Below are positions 37,016-49,370 of a stretch of DNA of 64,000 bases, piece after piece. The stretch covers positions 35,094,001-35,158,000 of the forward strand of contig NC_086108.1 of the NCBI RefSeq assembly GCF_963921235.1. Reading direction: 5' to 3'. Under the pieces are notes generated by a model. That model saw nothing but the letters and a program-made list of their open reading frames with translations, made no database searches and was not told where the DNA came from. Positions within the stretch are counted from its first letter, which is position 1, and each line of letters begins with the position of its first letter. The position numbers and the translations under genes are program-made. This DNA comes from Mobula hypostoma. Taxonomy: Eukaryota.

Positions 37016-37459
37016 TTTATAATTGACTGACTTTGAGTGTCTTTCACCATATAAATTATGCCAGATGTACACTCAACTTCCTACAGATTTTGTGGGTGAT
37101 GTGTGCAACATGCAGTTGTATACCAGCATGGGGATATCATTAATAGCTGCTTGAAACAGGAATGATGCTGATACAGAAGCTGCGCCATCTGCCCAAACTG
37201 TGCCCCAGGAGTTGGGATGTCAGGTGGTTCTTGGACACTTCATGGGTTGCACCTGTTTTGGGAATGGTCAACAAGAAAGAACCATTCTCCTTGGCCCCAA
37301 GTTCACAACTGCAGTCCATTAATTTCTGGATGAAAATTATGAAAATTGGAAATGAGCGGATTGTGTGGGAGTATGGTTAAGTTTGTTTAAGCTCCTCTGA
37401 AGTAACTTGGGATACTTGGCGTTAAAGATGCTTGTATAAATGCAACTTATTGTTCAACA

Positions 37460-38060
37460 AGAACATCAGAAATGGAAGCAGCAGCAGGTCACCATTCGTT
37501 ATGGTTATGGATGACCCTTACCTCTCCACCACTTAACCGCATAACAAGCATATCCCTTGATTCACTTAATATTCAAAACAATTCTGTTGATCTCTGCTTT
37601 TAAGTGGACTTGGTGTGGAAGCTGCACAGCTCCCTTGGAGAATTCCTGAGTGAAGAAATTTCTGAATGCCAGCTCTTTATTTTGAGACTGAATCTGGCTC
37701 ATGATAGCCTAGACAGCGGAAATATTAATTCTGTCTCTACCAAGTCAAGCCCCAGAAGAATTCAGTTTCTTTTTCTGACTACTCAGGCCTAATCTGTTCA
37801 ATCTTGTGAACCTTTGCTGCACTGCATCTACCTCATATGTAACATTCTTTCTGTGAGGCCTATACACAAAATTCCAAATCTTGTCTAACTGGAAGCCCAG
37901 ATAATTGGATTGGGGCATCCCTCTGCTCTTGTACTCAAACTCACTTGTATTGAAGACTATTATACTGTTTGTCTTACTAATTGCATTCAGTACCTGCATA
38001 AAAACTGGTCTCCCTGAACAACACCTTTTGATCTCTCTCCCCGTAAAAATAAATCATCAT
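37460..38060 (-). mobile_element. Old CR1 3' fragment
   Basis: MQVLNAISKTN..FEYKSR..AVQQRFTRL. Confidence 0.7.
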
Positions 38061-38063
38061 CGT

Positions 38064-38380
38064 TATAGAAACATAGAAACATAGAAAATAGGTGCAGGAG
38101 TAGGCCATTCGGCCCTTCGAGCCTGCACCGCCATTTATTATGATCATGGCTGATCATCCAACTCAGAACCCCGCCCCAGCCTTCCCTCCATACCCCCTGA
38201 TCCCCGTAGCCACAAGGGCCATATCTAACTCCCTCTTAAATATAGCCAATGAACTGGCCTCAACAGTTTCCTGTGGCAGAGAATTCCACAGATTCACCAC
38301 TCTCTGTGTGAAGAAGTTTTTCCTAATCTCGGTCCTAAAAGGCTTCCCCTCTATCCTCAAACGGTGGCCTCTCGTTCTGG
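38064..38380 (-). mobile_element. Young CR1 3' fragment
   Basis: Near-identical to 24777-25093. Confidence 0.93.
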
Positions 38381-38383
38381 AGA

Positions 38384-38700
38384 ATGTGCCATGTCATATG
38401 ATGTCGGCAATCATGGTCTCATGACTACTATTGTTATTGGCAAATTTTTCTACAGAAGTGGTTTGCCATTACCTTCTTCTGGGCGGTGTCTTTACAAGAC
38501 GGGTGACCCCAGCCATTATCTATATCCTTCAGAGATTGTCTGCTGGTGTTAGTGGTCACATAACCAGGTCTTGTGATATGCCCCAATTGCTCATACAACC
38601 ATCCAGCACCTGCTCCCATGACTTCATGTGACCCTGTTCAGGGAGTTAAGCAGGTGCTACATCTTACACCTGTAGGCCAGGAAAGGGAAGGAACCTTTTT
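38384..38700 (-). mobile_element. Short non-autonomous RTE-derived repeat
   Basis: Reverse complement of 32376-32746. Confidence 0.75.
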
Positions 38701-38704
38701 ACTT

Positions 38705-39005
38705 GCAGACACAAGAGGCAGTAGGTGTAGGAATCTGTAGCAAACATGAGCTGCTGCAGGAACTCAATGAATCAGGCAGCATTGTGGAAGGTTAGGATCC
38801 TTCATCTGGTCTGAAAGAGAAGAGGAGAGATAGCCAGTGTAAATGACGGGAGGTGTTCACCATGCCTTGCCTCTTTATACTGTCCATCCGTCCTTATTCT
38901 TCCAGTCCAGGTGTCGGGTATTGACCTGAAATGGCAACTGTCCGTTTTCCTCTCCAGATACTTCCTGAATTGCTGAATTCCTCCAGCATCTTTTTTTTTT
39001 GCTTC
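38705..39005. mobile_element. Old inverted Penelope pLTR pair
   Basis: ggaactcaatgaatcaggcagcat ... cctgaattgctgaattcctccagc inverted arms. Confidence 0.6.
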
Positions 39006-39462
39006 TGTTTTGGTTGTGTCTTGTGAAAGAAGGGAAGAAATTATCTAGGGTCATTGCTCCAGAAATTCATTTGCTTCTGCATGGAGGTGCATCATCGTTA
39101 AGTGAAGAAACATTGGAATTAATGCTGTAACAATATAGTTGAAAACTCTCTGATGCTCCTGGTTTCGGTTTTCAAATGAAGAATAAACACTTGGGTCAAG
39201 GCATCAGATGTTTGGATCTGTAGAATTGGGCGTCTTATCACTTTTAGAGGAAGTGATTGAATGTATACTTGTGTGCATTAATTTTTGCATTCCTTTTTTA
39301 GGAACAAAATAACATTCAAAACTGTTTTAAATGCATTTTCAGGAAATGCCATTATCTTTATTATAACATCTTTATGGCTATCAGATTAATGTGCCATAAA
39401 TTTTCATTAGTAAGTGGCAGTGTAGTCAAAGATCAGGAAGAGTGGGTAGAATTGTGCCATCA

Positions 39463-40370
39463 GTTCAACTACTGCACAGAGTCTTGTCATCTTCAGCAGT
39501 TTTCTGATGACTCTGCCATAGTTGGATGCATCAGCAAGGGAGATGAAGCTGAGTACAGGGCTATGGTTGGAAACTTTGTCACATGGTGTGAGCAGCATTA
39601 TCTGCAGCTTAATGTGAAAAAGACTAAGGAGCTGGTGGTAGACCTGAGGAGAGCTAAGGTACCGGTGACCCCTGTTTCCATCCAGGGGGTCAGTGTGGAT
39701 ATGGTGGAGGATTACAAATACCTGGGGATACGAATTGACAATAAACTGGACTGGTCAAAGAACACTGAGGCTGTCTACAAGAAGGGTCAGAGCTGTCTCT
39801 ATTTCCTGAAGGGACTGAAGTCCTTTAACATCTGCCAGACGATACTGAGGATGTTCTATGAGTCTGTGGTGGCCAGTGCTATCATGTTTGCTGTTGTGTG
39901 CTGGGGCAGCAGGCTGAGGGTGGCAGACACCAACAGAATCAACAAACTCATTCATAAGGCCAGTGATGTTGTGGGGATGGAACTGGACTCTCTGATGGTG
40001 GTGTCTGAAAAGAGGATGCTGTCCAAGTTGCATGCCATCTTGGACAATGTCTCCCATCCACTACATAATGTACTGGTTGGGCACAGGAGTACATTCAGCC
40101 AGAGACTCATTCCACTGAGATGCAACACAGAGCGTCATAGGAAGTCATTCCTGCCTGTGGCCATCAAACTTTACAACTCCTCCCTTGGAGGGTCAGACAC
40201 CTTGAGCTAATAGGCTGGTCCTGGACTTATTTCCTGGCATAATTTACATATTACTATTTAACTATTTATGGTTTTATTACTATTTAATTATTTATGGTGC
40301 AACTGTAATGAAAACCAGTTTCCCCCGGGACCAATAAAGTATGACTAAGTCTATGACAATGATAATGACT
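39463..40370 (+). mobile_element. Young 5'-truncated Rex1/Babar LINE
   Basis: FSDDSAIVG (RT catalytic motif) through the C-terminus; highly similar to 8781-9603. Confidence 0.92.
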
Positions 40371-40964
40371 AGTCAAGTTCACTTCTGAATCCTGAATTAA
40401 TATATTTTTAGTGTAGCATATATGCAAACACAATCTGTAGAATCTCTTGTTGGGTTTGAGGGGATATCTGATTGTGAGATCAGTGTTTGTCATAGTTGTT
40501 ACTATTAGCAGAATGTGAAGGCTGGATTTTCTTGGAGCAGTTGCTGTGGGGGTTGAAATGTGTAACTGCAGAGTGATTGCACTGCAGGGGAGACAGCTGA
40601 TTAAAATCACGGTACAGACTCAGCTGGATGATTTCTAAATCCAGTAAGTATTTACTCTTCAGCTCATTGCCTCCCAGGATGCGTCTGGCCAATAAAATTA
40701 GTAGCCAAAACTTGCTTGTCTGAAAGGAGTGGTGCATTTTGAATGCTGCATACACCATGTTCCACAAATGTATCTGGTCTGGGATATACAAACAGTTCCT
40801 GGGAAAGAGTGGGCTCCAAGCCATTAGATTGCTAATACGTTGCAGTTTAGGAGAAATTCTAGATGCGTGGGATGTCCTCCAGACATTGGTTCTAGGTGAA
40901 GTATCCGCGAGGTCAGTGCCAGGAGTTGAGCCCCCATGAATCTGGATGCAAAGTGTGGATGTGA

Positions 40965-41245
40965 TCAGAATCAGAATCAGGTTATTTATCGCTGCCAAAT
41001 ATGATATGGAATCTTTGTTTTGTGACAGCGATACAGTGCAAAGATATAAACACCTATAAATTACAGAATAAATAGATAGTGCAAACAAAAGGTCATTTTT
41101 CATGGTTCATGAACCATTCAGAAATCTGGGGGCCGAGGGGAAGAAAGAGTCTCTGAATTGTTAAATATGGGTTTTCATATTCCTGTACCTCCGCCCTGAT
41201 GATAGTAACAAGAGGAGACATGTCGGAGATGGTGAGGGCCAGGGA
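40965..41245 (-). mobile_element. Rex1/Babar-type 3' fragment
   Basis: atcagaatcagaatcaggtt tail; cctgtacctccgccctgatgatag. Confidence 0.7.
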
Positions 41246-41499
41246 CTAACCTACCCATTCACCTTCAAGCACTGCTCAGTCCACTGCACGCACATCACTT
41301 ACCCTTTCCCAAACTCCATCAAAGCCAGCCTGAGTTGAAGCATCAGGTATTCCACACTCAACACTGCTGCAAGGCTCGATGACGTTTCACACCCTGCACG
41401 TACTCCCAGCTGTTAAACCACAATGGACCCACTAACAAGCTGACATGCTTCCCACTCTTCAACAGGGGAGCACTCCAGAGGGCGATGGGCTCCTCAGAA

Positions 41500-41790
41500 A
41501 TGGAGCTCCCTTTCGTTTGTTGGGACAGAAAGGGGGCAGCAACTGAAAGTTGGAGAATTCAATGTTCAAGCTGATAGGATGCAGATTACCTTGGTGAAAT
41601 ATGAGGCCTTGCACTTCCGATTTGTGTTCAGCCTCAAACTGGCAGTGGAGGAGGCTGAGGGCATACTTGTCATCGTGGCATTGAGAAGGAGGATTAAAAC
41701 AGTTGGCCACCAGGAGATCCAGAGGGGCGCGGTGGATGGAGTGAAGGTGCTTGGTGAAGCAGTTGCCCAACCTACGTATAGTATTGCCAA
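41500..41790 (-). mobile_element. Old Penelope GIY-YIG C-terminal remnant
   Basis: RRLGNCFTKHLHSI...VANCFN...NIEFSNF. Confidence 0.8.
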
Positions 41791-41919
41791 CAAATCTACT
41801 TGCTTTCTTGCAACTTTGCCCCTCTATCCGGGCCTGAGATGGTGCAGCCCAAAGAAAGCCATGCCAAATTCTCAGAAGTTCCACATTATCTTCTAAGACC
41901 ACACGCAGAGTCCTGCCCT

Positions 41920-42220
41920 AGAACATAATACGTTTGTATATAGAACCGGTCCTTTAGTCCACTGTGTTGTTCTGACCTCTATAAACCTACTCCATGATCA
42001 ATGTAACCCTTCCCTCTTACATAGCCCTAACCCTCCATTTTTCTTAAATCAATATGCCTATCTAAAAGTCTCTTAAATGCCCCTATTGCATTAACCTCAA
42101 TCACTACCCCCGCTGACATGTTCCAGGTATTTATCACACTCTGCATTAGAATCCTTCCTCTGACATCTCCCTTGAAATTTCACCCACTCACCTTAAGCTC
42201 ATTCCTCTGGTATTGACCAG
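41920..42220 (-). mobile_element. Old CR1 3' fragment
   Basis: tgcctatctaaaagtctcttaaatgccc, related to 28180-28480. Confidence 0.7.
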
Positions 42221-43344
42221 AAGTCATTGGGTTTCTACCAGTCTTGCTTCAGCTACTGGGAGAGCACTGCATGTCAGGGGTGGTGAAAGTCTTTGGATAC
42301 TGAATTTGTGAGAGTAGTTACTGGAATTTTGAAAGCAACGGGGCACAATTAAAATTTTTGATCATGAATCTCTTTTGACCAATTGGTGGTGGCTTTTCCT
42401 GTGGTTAAGGGGACAGTGTTGTGCTGATACAGGGAATATAATATGAAGTACTGTGGTGATCAGGGATTTGGCATTACTCGGTGGTAATATGCTCAGTTGA
42501 ATTCTTGGACTGCCTAGGAGTGATTCAGTTTGTCTCCTCTCCTTCCTCTTCCTGCTCTCGTGCGCTGTGCAGCTACCGGTAGGGGTTTCCCCTGCTGGTT
42601 TGTAGCACTCTGCAGATGTCTCTGCTGAGGTAAGCCACCTGCAACACTTTGCTGATCATTGCTGCTCTGTAGTAGTCACAAAGCATTCAGATGACACATG
42701 GGGGAAGTTTTTAATTTTTGATAAATGAAAATATTGCAAAAGTTATATTTGTGTGCATACCGGAAAGCAATCACACAGACGCTTTCCTGCGGTACGTGTT
42801 CTCAGCAGAGAGAGATTGCCTCTTGTATGAAGTCATCAGAACTGGTTATTCTGTCCCCTCCTTACAACTGTAAACTACTCTGTCTGTATTGCATCCTCCC
42901 ACAGAGGGAGACCAGGCTGTGAACATTATAATCCAGATTCATCCAGCCAAAGCTCTAGTTAGTTGCAGGCAGAGCTATTCACTCTTGTGTTCCACGGGGA
43001 ATCGAAACAAGTCGAAATTTCTAATTACTTATTGAACCTGCATGTTACATTTCAGTGATCTGTGTGAACACTCACTATATGCTGATTCCACCCTTTCCAT
43101 CAAAATGGATGACCTTGCATTGTTTCACCCTGTGTTCTATCAGCCATCTCTGTATCTGTTCAATTAGCCTGTTTATATTTTCTTAAAGATCGTCTGTCCC
43201 ACCACAATCCACACTGCAGCCCAGCTTTGGAACATCAGCAAACTTTATGTAAGTTACAATTAGTACCCTTGTTGATAAATTTGTAAGCAGCTAGGACCCA
43301 ATAATCTCAGCTTCCCAAATCAAAAATGACCTGTATGACCTGTA

Positions 43345-43510
43345 AACACAAGAAATTTTGCAGATGCAGAAAATCCAGAGCAACACATACAAAATACTGG
43401 AGGAACTCAGCAGGTCAGGCAGCATCTATGGAAATGAATAAACAACCAACATTTCGGGCTAATACCCTTCTTCAGGGCTGAGTCTTGGCCTGAAATGCTG
43501 ACAGTTTGAC
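43345..43510 (-). mobile_element. Penelope pLTR with short inverted hammerhead half
   Basis: ggaggaactcagcaggtcaggcagcatc...tttcgggctaatacccttcttcagg. Confidence 0.75.
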
Positions 43511-44019
43511 CTACATATTTTTTTCTTTTGTTTCACTCTTTTGCCAGATGTGTACCTCCTGTATTTTCTTTCCTGTTTCTAATCTGATGAACACGGAACC
43601 ATTTCTCCTTTATCGGAAGGGCTTCCTAGTGTTTCTGCCTGTCATTGTTGAGCAGAAGCCCACTGAAACCAACTGGGGTTGTGGTGACCATGACCCTAGT
43701 TTAGATCGGTCTGCTTGAGGTTTGTATGAGAAGGTTGTGCAGCACTTTCTCCATGACTGCCTGAGAGATGCACCTGAACGCTTAAATACTGTTCAGTTAG
43801 TTTCCAGCATTTGTAAAATTGGCCTGTTTCAACAGTGAAAAACTTGGCCCAGTCGTTGAAGATTCCTTGAAGTTAAACTTTGAGTGATATTCATCAGCTT
43901 TGGACAAAACAGATGCAAAAAAAAGAACTGTATAGGTTCACAAAAATTAGATGGACCATATGACATTAATGACAGGCACAAACTCTCAATGTGAATTTGT
44001 GCATTGCTGGTTTTTGCTG

Positions 44020-44235
44020 TTGTGTGGATGTAAGGAGTTAGTATGTTCTCCAAGTGACCGTGTGGGTTTCCTCTGGGTGCTCTGATTTCCTTCCACAGCT
44101 CAAAGATGTACTGGTTGCTAGGTTACTGGGTCATTGTGAATTGTCCCGTAATGAGGCTACCGTTAAATAGGGGGTTGCTGGGCTGGAAGGACCCGAAGGA
44201 CCAGAAAGGCCGACTCCGCACTATCTCAATCAATC
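44020..44235 (+). mobile_element. V-SINE/HE1-like SINE
   Basis: gtaaggagttagtatgttctcc..gtgaccgtgtgggtttcctctgggtgctctgatttcc. Confidence 0.7.
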
Positions 44236-44389
44236 TCGAGCCCTGAACATTTTTACAACAGAATTTGCAACAGCCTTATTTCTAGGTTTCCACTGATTAA
44301 CCAGCATTTAATCACACTGTGCTTCTGTCTTTGGGGTGAGTAATGGTGTGACCATCAGGAGAAATGGAAATGGGCAGTGAGAGCAGAGC

Positions 44390-45045
44390 ACTCCTGTGGC
44401 CATTCCCCTCAAAAACAAGTATACCGCTTTGGATAATTTGTGGGGAATGATCTCCCTGGAGAATACCACGGCGACTGGGATACAGGCACTGAGCGTGGGT
44501 CCCTGGTGCAGAAGGGAAAGAGAGAGAAGAAGGGAGCAGTAGTGATAGGGGACTTGATAGAGAAGAGAACAGACAGGAGATTTTGTGGACGTGAACCTGG
44601 ATGGACACCTAGATGGTATGTTGCCTCCCAGGTGCCAGGGTCAGGGATGTCTCAGATCATGTCCACAACATTTTGAGGGAGGGAGAGCAGCCAGATGTCT
44701 TGGTACATATTGGTACCAATGGCATAGGAAGGAAAAGCAATGAGGTCCTGAAAAGAGAATTTAGAGAGCTAGGTAGAAAGCTGAGAATCAGGATCTCCCG
44801 GGTAGTAATTTCTGGATTGCTACTCGTGCCACACGCCAGTGAGGGTAGAAACAGGATGATTTGGCAGATTAATGTGTGACTGAGTAGCTGGTGCAGGGGC
44901 AGGGCTTCAGGTTCTTGGATAATTGGGATCTCTTCTGGGGGAGGTCTGACCTGTTCAAAAGTGACGGGTTGCACCTGAACCCGAGGGGGACCGATATTCT
45001 CATGGGCACGTTTGTTAAAGCTGTTGGGGAGGGTTTAAATTCACT
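44390..45045 (+). pseudogene. CR1 ORF1p SGNH/GDSL esterase domain, frameshifted
   Basis: AVVIGD(L), CCLPGARV, VHIGTN, DGLHLN correspond to SGNH blocks I, II, III and V. Confidence 0.85.
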
Positions 45046-45760
45046 TGACGGGGGCTGGGAACTGGAGTGAAGACAGATGGTAAAAAAGTGAAGATAGTGT
45101 GCAGTCAGATTGTCAGGAAGGGCAGGCAGGTGATGGGACTTAGTTGCAGCCAACAGGCTGAGTATCAAATCATTAGGGATGCAGAATCAGAAAGGATAGC
45201 AAATACGGTGCTCAAGGTGTTGTATCTAAATGCACGTAGTATAAGAAATAAAGTGGATGATCTTGTTTCAATATTACAGATTACCAAACATGATTTTGTG
45301 GCTATCACTGAATCGTGGCTGAAGGATGGTTGTAGTTGAGAGCTGAATGTCCAAGGCTACACGTTATATCGGAGGGACAGGAAGGTAGGCAGAGGGGCTG
45401 GTGTGGCTCTACCGGTAAAGAATGTCATCAAATCAGTAGAAGGATGTGACATAGGATTGGAGGATGTTTTAATCCTTGTGGGTTGAGTTCAGAAACTGCA
45501 AGGGTAAAAGGACGTTGATGGCAGTTATATACAGGCCTCCCAACAGTGGCTGGGAGGTGGACCACAGGTTACAAAAGGAAACAGAAAAGGCAAGTCAAAA
45601 GGGCAATGTTATGGTAGTCATGGGAGATTTTAACATGCAGGTTGATTGGGAAAATCTGGTTGGTAATGGATCTCAAGTTTATTGAATGCCTAAGAGATAG
45701 CTTTTGAGAGCAGTTTGTCATTGAGCCTACTAGGGGATCAGCTATACTTGATTAGGTGTT

Positions 45761-46353
45761 ACAGCAAATGTGTTTGTTTGCTGTTTTCATGTTTGCTGTT
45801 GTGGGCTGGGGCAGCAGGCTGAGGGTAGCAGACACCAACAAAATCAACAAACTCATTCGTAAGGCCAGTGATGTTGTGGGGATGGAACTGGACTCTCTGA
45901 CAGTGGTGTCTGAAAAGAGGATGCTGTCTAAGTTGCATGCCATCTTGGACAATGTCCCCCATCCACTACATAATGTACTGGGTGGGCACAGGAGTACATT
46001 CAGCCAGAGACTCATTCCACCGAGATGCAGCACTGAGCATCATAGGAAGTCATTCCTGCCTGTGGCCATCAAACTTTACAACTCCTCCCTTGGAGGGTCA
46101 GACACCCTGAGCCAATAGGCTGGTCCTGGACTTATTTCATAATTTACTGGCATAATTTACATATTACTATTTAACTATTGATTACTATTTTCTATTACTA
46201 TTCTATTACTAGTTATTACTTCTATGACTATTACTATTTACTAATAGTAATATTACTATTACTATTTCTATTACTATTTATTATTTATGGTGCAACTGTA
46301 ACGAAAACCAATTTCCCCCGGGATCAATAAAGTGTGACTATGACTATGACTAT
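45761..46353 (+). mobile_element. Young Rex1/Babar 3' fragment nested in CR1
   Basis: Same family as 8781-9603; expanded TATTAC-type repeats at 46162-46280; (ATGACT)n tail. Confidence 0.92.
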
Positions 46354-46747
46354 GTAATGAACCAGAGGCAATTAGGGAGCTTAAGGTAAAAGAACGCTGA
46401 GAAACCAGCGATCACAATATGATTGTGTTCAATTTGAAATTTGGTAGGGAGAAAGTCAAGTCTGATGTAGCAGTATTTCAGTGGAGTAAAGGAAATTACA
46501 GTGGTATGAGAGAGGAGTTGGCCAATGTAAATTGGAAGGAGCTGCTGACAGGAATGTTAGCAGAACAGCAATGGCGGGCGTTTCTGGGAAAAATGAGGAA
46601 GGTGCAGGGCATGTGCATTCCAAAAATGAAGAAATACTCAAATGGTAAAATAGTACAACCATTTGACAAGGGAAGTCAAAGCTATTGTAAAAGCAAAAGA
46701 AAGGGCATACAGTAAAACAAAGTAAAAATTAGTGGGAATATAGAGGA

Positions 46748-47244
46748 ATTCTTCTGAGGGGGGGGGCTGTAGTCGAGTGGTCCGTGACTTGGGCCGGCTC
46801 CCCCACTGGACTTAGTCTGGTGAGGAGGGTGTGAGGACACCCAGCAGGACTAAAAAAAAGCAAGACCTGACAAAGGATGGATGAGTTCCTTGTGAGTCAA
46901 CGGCCATCTTCAGTGGAAAAGATTAAAGCCTCACTGCGTATCTACGAATTGTATGCTATGCACCTGGTTAGAAGAGACATGATGAACTTGGGTGCTGCAT
47001 CGTGTGCCTGGACCTGCCCAAGGCCTCCGCCTAGGAAAGGCCGAACTTGAAGAAGCGGCCACGGCTGGAGGCCGACACGGCCTCGGGCTCAAGTTCAGCG
47101 GGGCGGCGGCAGGTGGTGCCAAGGCAGCCAGCGAGAACAAACTGGAGGAGAGGCTGTACTCGGTGCTGTCACAAGATCGAAGAAGATGGAGGTGCATAGC
47201 TGCCAACCCTGGATTTGGGACGGCACCCACTGACTGACTGACTG
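46748..47244 (+). mobile_element. Non-autonomous RTE-like element carrying a captured gene fragment
   Basis: TSD AGAGGA at 46742-46747 and 47245-47250; RTE-like C-terminus (QDRRRWR) and (ACTG)n tail. Confidence 0.8.
46992..47169 (+). pseudogene. CYHR1: Captured, circularly permuted fragment of cysteine and histidine-rich protein 1 (CYHR1/ZFTRAF1)
   Basis: 46993-47031 reads [13 protein letters not shown]; 47041-47168 reads PNLKKRPRLE...(frameshift)...[10 protein letters not shown]; as I recall CYHR1 reads PKKRLR...[25 protein letters not shown]. Confidence 0.8.
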
Positions 47245-48502
47245 AGAGGATTGGGAAGTTTTTGAAAACCTACAGAGAGCAACTGAAAACATCATTAGAA
47301 AGGAAAAGATGAAATATGAAAGCAAGTGAGCAAACAATATCAAAGTGGATAGTAAAAATTTTTTCAAGTATGTTAAAAATAAAAGAGAAATGAATGTGGA
47401 TATAGGACTGTGAGAAAATGAGGCAGGAGAAATAAAAACTGGGGACAGGGAGATGGCTGATGAAATGAGTTTTTTGCGTCAGTCTTCACAGTAGAAGATA
47501 CTAGTACTATGCCCGTGTGAAGGAAGAGAGGTAGAGAAGGCGCTCAAAAAGCTGAAAGGCCTAACGGAACATAAGTCACCTGGACCAGAGGAACTGCACC
47601 CTAGGGTTCTGAAAGAAGTGGCATTACAGACTGTGGTGGCATTAGAAATGATCTTTCAAAAATTATTGGACTCTGGCATGCTGCCAGAGGTCTGGAAAAT
47701 TGCAAATGTTACTCCACTCTTTAAGAAAGGAGGAAGGCAGCAGAAAGGAAATTATAGACCAGTTAGCCTGACCTCAGTGGTTGGGAAGATGTTAGAGTCA
47801 ATTGTTAAGGAGATGGAGTACTTGGTGACACAGGACAAGATAGTACAAGATAGTACAAGTCAGAATGTTTTCCTTCAGGGAAAATTCTGCCTGACGAACC
47901 TGTTGGAATTCTTTGAGGAGATTACAAGTATGATAGATAAAGGGGATGCAGTGGATATTGTATATTTGGACTTTCAGAAGGCATTTGACAAGGTGCCACA
48001 CATGAGGCTGCTTACAAAGTCAAGAGCCCATGGTATTACAGGAAAGTTACTAACATGGTTACAGCATTGGCTGATTGGTAGGAGGCAGCGAGTGGGAATA
48101 AAAGTGATCCTTTTCTGGTTGGCTGCCAGTGACTAGTGGTGTTCCACAGGGGCCAGTGTTGGGACTACTTCTTTTTATGCTGTGTATAAGTAGTTTAGAT
48201 GATGGAATAGATGGCTTTGTTGTCAAGTTTGCAGATGATACTAAGATTGGTGGAGGGGTAGGTAGTGTTGAGGAAACAGGTAGCATGCAGAAGGACTTAG
48301 ACAGATTAGGAGAATGGGCAAGAAAGTGGCAAATGAAATACAATGTTGGAAAATGCATGGTCATACACTTTGGTAATAGAAATAAATGTGTGGACTATTT
48401 TCTAAATGGGGAGAATATCCAAAAATCTGAGATGCAGAGGGACTTGGGAGTCCTTGTGCAGAACATCCTAAAGGTTAACTTGCAGGTAGAGTCGGTGGTG
48501 AG

Positions 48503-49370
48503 TGTTACGTACCCCGTAACTGGGTTGCCAAACCAGCAGAAATGGATCACTCAGTTGGAGTCTGGATTACTAGAACTAAGAAAGTTTTATTAAAGAAACA
48601 AGCAACACAGTAATCGAAAGGATAATAAATGCAACAGTTCAGCAATGATAAACACACATGTGCACAGAATTAAGATAACAGGATCAATCAAGCTCTATCG
48701 TTGTCTAGGGGTAAATGACCAATTTCAAAGTGACGCAAAGTTCAGTCCAATTTAGTTCAGTTCGCAGTAATTGTTGCCGTGGCGATGGATAACGTGGGGG
48801 GAAGGAGAGAGAGAGAGAACGGGAACGAATGATCATTCAAAACGGCTTCCACTCACAGACCGGCGATATTGCTCACAAGCAGCTTTCGGGCGAGTCCTTT
48901 GTGATGTCACCTGAGGTCACCGACTGTGACCCCTCCTCCAGATGTGGTCGATCCTCTGCAGTGAACCTGGCACCCAAGCAAGGGCGGACACACACCAGGT
49001 TCCCGCTGATCGTACCTTTCCACCCTGTGCGTCTATGGCTTGGTTCCGCCACCAGCCTTCCAAACAACTCCCGCCGACTTGCGGGGTGCACCACTTCCAG
49101 GGTCTCGTTACCTCGTGGTGTCGTGTGTGTCCTGCCTTAGAGAACCTGTCCCTTTTTATCCCCCTGCTGGGGTATCGCCTGTCCATCACTTCAAACAGTT
49201 CAGGGTTCAAAGGGGGAGCCGCTCTAGACAGCTCTCTCTCCCGTCCCTTCATTACACATCTCCAAATGCTGCTCCATTGTTTTCCTTATCTCTCTCTTGA
49301 AGACAGGTGGCAGACCAACTGCTGATCACACAGGACAGCTAATATCTTATCTATGTGTATTCTTGTCACA
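48503..49370 (-). mobile_element. Solo LTR (probably Gypsy) nested in CR1
   Basis: TGT...ACA termini; 4-bp TSD TGAG at 48499-48502 and 49371-49374; the CR1 frame VESVV|RKANAML rejoins; AATAAA on the minus strand near 48586. Confidence 0.9.

Noticed and set aside
40505..40650. Donor-like GTAAGT at 40644
   Set aside because: The upstream acceptors I tried give stops or no recognisable peptide, and there is no good pyrimidine tract.
40480..41103. 207-aa minus-strand ORF
   Set aside because: It begins in a Rex tail and has no recognisable domain.
46992..47237. 81-aa ORF as an exon of a resident CYHR1 gene
   Set aside because: It lies inside a TSD-bounded insert, its segments are permuted and frameshifted, and there are no splice sites or other CYHR1 exons in the window.
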